A stretch of DNA of 32,000 bases from Candidatus Saccharimonadota bacterium (lineage in GTDB: Archaea > Nanohalarchaeota > Nanosalinia > Nanosalinales > Nanosalinaceae): contig CP012986.1 of assembly GCA_001761425.1 (NCBI GenBank), positions 870,001 through 902,000 of the forward strand. Reading direction: 5' to 3'. The first letter of the stretch is position 1; each line of letters opens with the position of its first letter. The translations under genes and the position numbers were made by a program. Below, in pieces: positions 30,129-32,000 of the stretch. The notes below the pieces were generated by a model. That model did no database searches and was not told where the DNA came from. It was given only the letters and a program-made list of their open reading frames with translations.

Positions 30129-30772
30129 TACGTTAACCTTTCAATTATTTCCTCATAAAGTTTGTCGATGTTTTCTCCTTCTTTCGCAGAGATTTCAAGC
30201 ACTGGATGCTGTGGGAATGCGTCTCTGACTCTTTCCGGATCTGCATCCTCCAGATCTGTCTTGTTAGCCAGTACAAGGATCGGTATGTCTTTTGCTTCCA
30301 GGTTGCCGATGATCGTAACGTTTACCTGTGTGTATGGATCTTCTGTGGAGTCAAAGATTACGAGACATGCGTCTACATCGTCAAGATACTTGATAGCTTC
30401 TACTATGCCTTTTGTTGCTTCCTTGGCTCTTCCTTTTGCCTGTTCCTCTTCAAGACCGTGCTCTGTGAAGTCCTTGAAGTCTACATTCGTGGATATTCCA
30501 GGCATGTCCAGAAGGTTGAGATCCAGTGTTCTACCGTCCTCGGATTCTATTGTGACTTTCTCCTTTTTTTCAACGGCTCTGGTCTCGTGCGGTACTTCGG
30601 ATACGTTGCTCATCTCCTCGCCTGTCAGGTCCTGGGAGATCTGGTTCGCTAACGTGGACTTGCCTGCGTTAGGAGGGCCGTAGATCCCTATCCCGATATC
30701 ATCTTTTCCTGAACCACTGAACAAGTTGCTGATAAGTTTCCTGAGGCGAGATATCATTTTGACACCGCTCAA
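30128..30772 (-). CDS. small GTP-binding protein
   Basis: 214-aa ORF (TTG at 30772, ATG at 30758). G1 GPPNAGKST, G3 DMPG, G4 NKTD, G5 SAK. Confidence 0.85.
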   Translation of the reverse strand: MSGVKMISRLRKLISNLFSGSGKDDIGIGIYGPPNAGKSTLANQISQDLTGEEMSNVSEVPHETRAVEKKEKVTIESEDGRTLDLNLLDMPGISTNVDFKDFTEHGLEEEQAKGRAKEATKGIVEAIKYLDDVDACLVIFDSTEDPYTQVNVTIIGNLEAKDIPILVLANKTDLEDADPERVRDAFPQHPVLEISAKEGENIDKLYEEIIERLT

Positions 30773-30853
30773 TAATAAATCCGGAGACTAGATATAAAAA
30801 CCATTTCATTGAAAGGCATGGATTAAATAAAAAAAGCGGTTCAAATCACAGAT

Positions 30854-31288
30854 ATGAGAACTGAAAAAGGAGTGGTCGTGGTAGCATACAAAGAAGTCAG
30901 GAGAAACCTCCGCTACCTCGTACTCAAAAGAACAAAGAACTGGGAAGGCTGGGAACTACCAAAAGGCCACCTCGAAAACGACAACTACAGAGAAACCGTC
31001 AAACTCGAACTAGGTGAGGAAACAGGCCTGGAAGAGGAAAAAATTGAAGAAGTACAGGAAATGGAAAAGAAGCTCGAATGGACCTTTGAAGACGACGGAG
31101 AAAATGTGAAACGGGAGTACAAGGCCTTTGTTGTGAAGATAGGTGAGGATGCTGTGGTCGATGTTTCCGGTAATCCTCATGATGAGCATGAGAACGGGTT
31201 TTTCCTGGATTACGAGGACGCTTCTTCGCTCTTGACCTATGATAATCAGAAAGAGCTTCTGGAACAGGGTAAGGAGAGCCTGGAGTAA
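30854..31288 (+). CDS. Nudix hydrolase (Ap4A-hydrolase-like)
   Basis: 144-aa ORF. WELPKGHLENDNYRETVKLELGEETGLE is a slightly shortened Nudix box with the PKGH.E and E-E-x-G-L signature. Confidence 0.75.
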   Translation: MRTEKGVVVVAYKEVRRNLRYLVLKRTKNWEGWELPKGHLENDNYRETVKLELGEETGLEEEKIEEVQEMEKKLEWTFEDDGENVKREYKAFVVKIGEDAVVDVSGNPHDEHENGFFLDYEDASSLLTYDNQKELLEQGKESLE

Positions 31289-31334
31289 CTTATATGTTAA
31301 AAGGCCTTGATGCCGAGTATTTGTTTGTGATACT

Positions 31335-31589
31335 ATGAGCAAGCCTGATGAACTTCTGGAGGTTTACCAGTTTGAACAGTGTCCTTACTGTTCGAAGGTC
31401 CGTAAACAGCTTACAGAGATGCAGATAGACTTTATCGCAAGACAGGTCGAACCGAACGGAGATCGTGAGAAGCCTGAGGAGTTGACCGGTGAGACACAGG
31501 TTCCAGTCCTGGTTGATCCTGACAATGACACAGTGATGAACGAGAGCGATGACATAATCCAGTATCTGGAAGAAACTTACGGAGAATAA
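31335..31589 (+). CDS. glutaredoxin-like protein
   Basis: 84-aa ORF. CPYC active site in YQFEQCPYCSKVRKQL. VPVLVDP and a D-rich end are consistent with a thioredoxin fold. Confidence 0.8.
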   Translation: MSKPDELLEVYQFEQCPYCSKVRKQLTEMQIDFIARQVEPNGDREKPEELTGETQVPVLVDPDNDTVMNESDDIIQYLEETYGE

Positions 31590-31600
31590 ATTCTTTCTCA

Positions 31601-31630
31601 AGGCCTTGAAAAAGGCCTGGTTCTTTTTTT
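31601..31630 (+). terminator. bidirectional hairpin/oligo-T terminator candidate built from two AGGCCT palindromes
   Basis: AGGCCTT (31601-31607) - GAAA - AAGGCCT (31612-31618) gives a 7-bp stem with a GAAA loop. T7 follows at 31624-31630. It sits between the convergent stops at 31589 (+) and 31629 (-). Confidence 0.5.
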
Positions 31631-31994
31631 ACAGCACTTTTTTGACTTTGTCTACTGCGTCACTCATCTCTACTTTTACTAGGCCCATGTTGACGTCGCT
31701 TTCTGTTAGTATTGCGAGTATTCCTTCGTCTCCTGCTCCTGTGGCGATAAGTTTTCCGTTAGCTGCTTCTATACTTACTTCGTCCACGTCTCCCATGTTC
31801 AATGCTTCGCTGGCGGTTTCTCCTGATCCTACCGTGGATGCTGTCATCGCACCGACCTGATCGTCATCAATGTCCTGGCCAAGGTTGGATGCGATCAGTA
31901 AACCGTCTCTTCGTACCACTGCTGCTCCTTTAATCCCCTGGACACTGTCCAGATCATCCAGCGGCTCGTTCAACTTTTCCTCCTTACTTGACAT
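31629..31994 (-). CDS. roadblock/LC7 (MglB-like) domain protein
   Basis: 121-aa ORF. LDSVQGIKGAAVVRRDGLLIASNLG...VSIEAANGKLIATGAGDEGILAILT is typical of the Robl/LC7 fold. Confidence 0.8.
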   Translation of the reverse strand: MSSKEEKLNEPLDDLDSVQGIKGAAVVRRDGLLIASNLGQDIDDDQVGAMTASTVGSGETASEALNMGDVDEVSIEAANGKLIATGAGDEGILAILTESDVNMGLVKVEMSDAVDKVKKVL

Positions 31995-32000
31995 TTTATA

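Noticed and set aside
30162-30683. 173-aa and 148-aa plus-strand ORFs antisense to the GTPase gene
   Set aside because: The minus-strand product has complete G1-G5 GTPase motifs. The antisense products are Ser/Cys/Phe-rich with no motif.
31010-31860. Antisense ORFs over the Nudix, glutaredoxin and roadblock genes (31010-31342, 31290-31601, 31606-31860)
   Set aside because: The opposite-strand products carry the Nudix box, the CPYC motif and the Robl/LC7 pattern respectively. The antisense ORFs have none.

Overview
Compact, almost fully coding archaeal window. By eye it has moderately low GC and a strongly acidic predicted proteome. It also has an intron-containing tRNA, TATA-like boxes about 26-28 nt upstream of ATGs, and archaea-specific GTPase/DUF2073/Zn-ribbon and roadblock genes. 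Together these suggest a halophilic, possibly DPANN/Nanohaloarchaeota-like organism (inference only). Content: (i) 1-2.5 kb holds one small acidic ORF and five small membrane-protein ORFs. (ii) 2.6-19.0 kb is a minus-strand block dominated by a giant surface-protein gene. I argue that ORFs 15508-17808 and 5186-15133 are one gene of about 4,200 codons, split by a single -1 frame change near 15614-15625. Its C-terminus is a cytoplasmic HerA/FtsK-type ATPase behind one TM helix. Three coiled-coil proteins with canonical C2H2 zinc fingers flank it. (iii) tRNA-Thr(UGU) with a 48-nt intron, then a 0.5-kb ORF-free spacer. (iv) 19.8-26.5 kb is a translationally coupled six-gene operon: COG0523 GTPase, acidic ORF, CooC-like ATPase, type III PLP decarboxylase, unknown ORF, and a cysteine-synthase-like/rhodanese fusion. 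It is divergent from a ParB-like gene and nikR. (v) 26.8-32 kb holds small zinc-ribbon, acidic disordered, amphi-Trp-like and membrane proteins, the GTPase module, Nudix, glutaredoxin and roadblock. A window-wide signal is the palindrome AGGCCT: about 80 copies by manual scan against roughly 6 expected from composition. Copies lie in all reading frames, on both coding strands and in intergenic hairpins, but none lies in 20536-26064. No rRNA, CRISPR, transposase or integrase was recognised. All family calls come from motif recognition by eye, not database searches.
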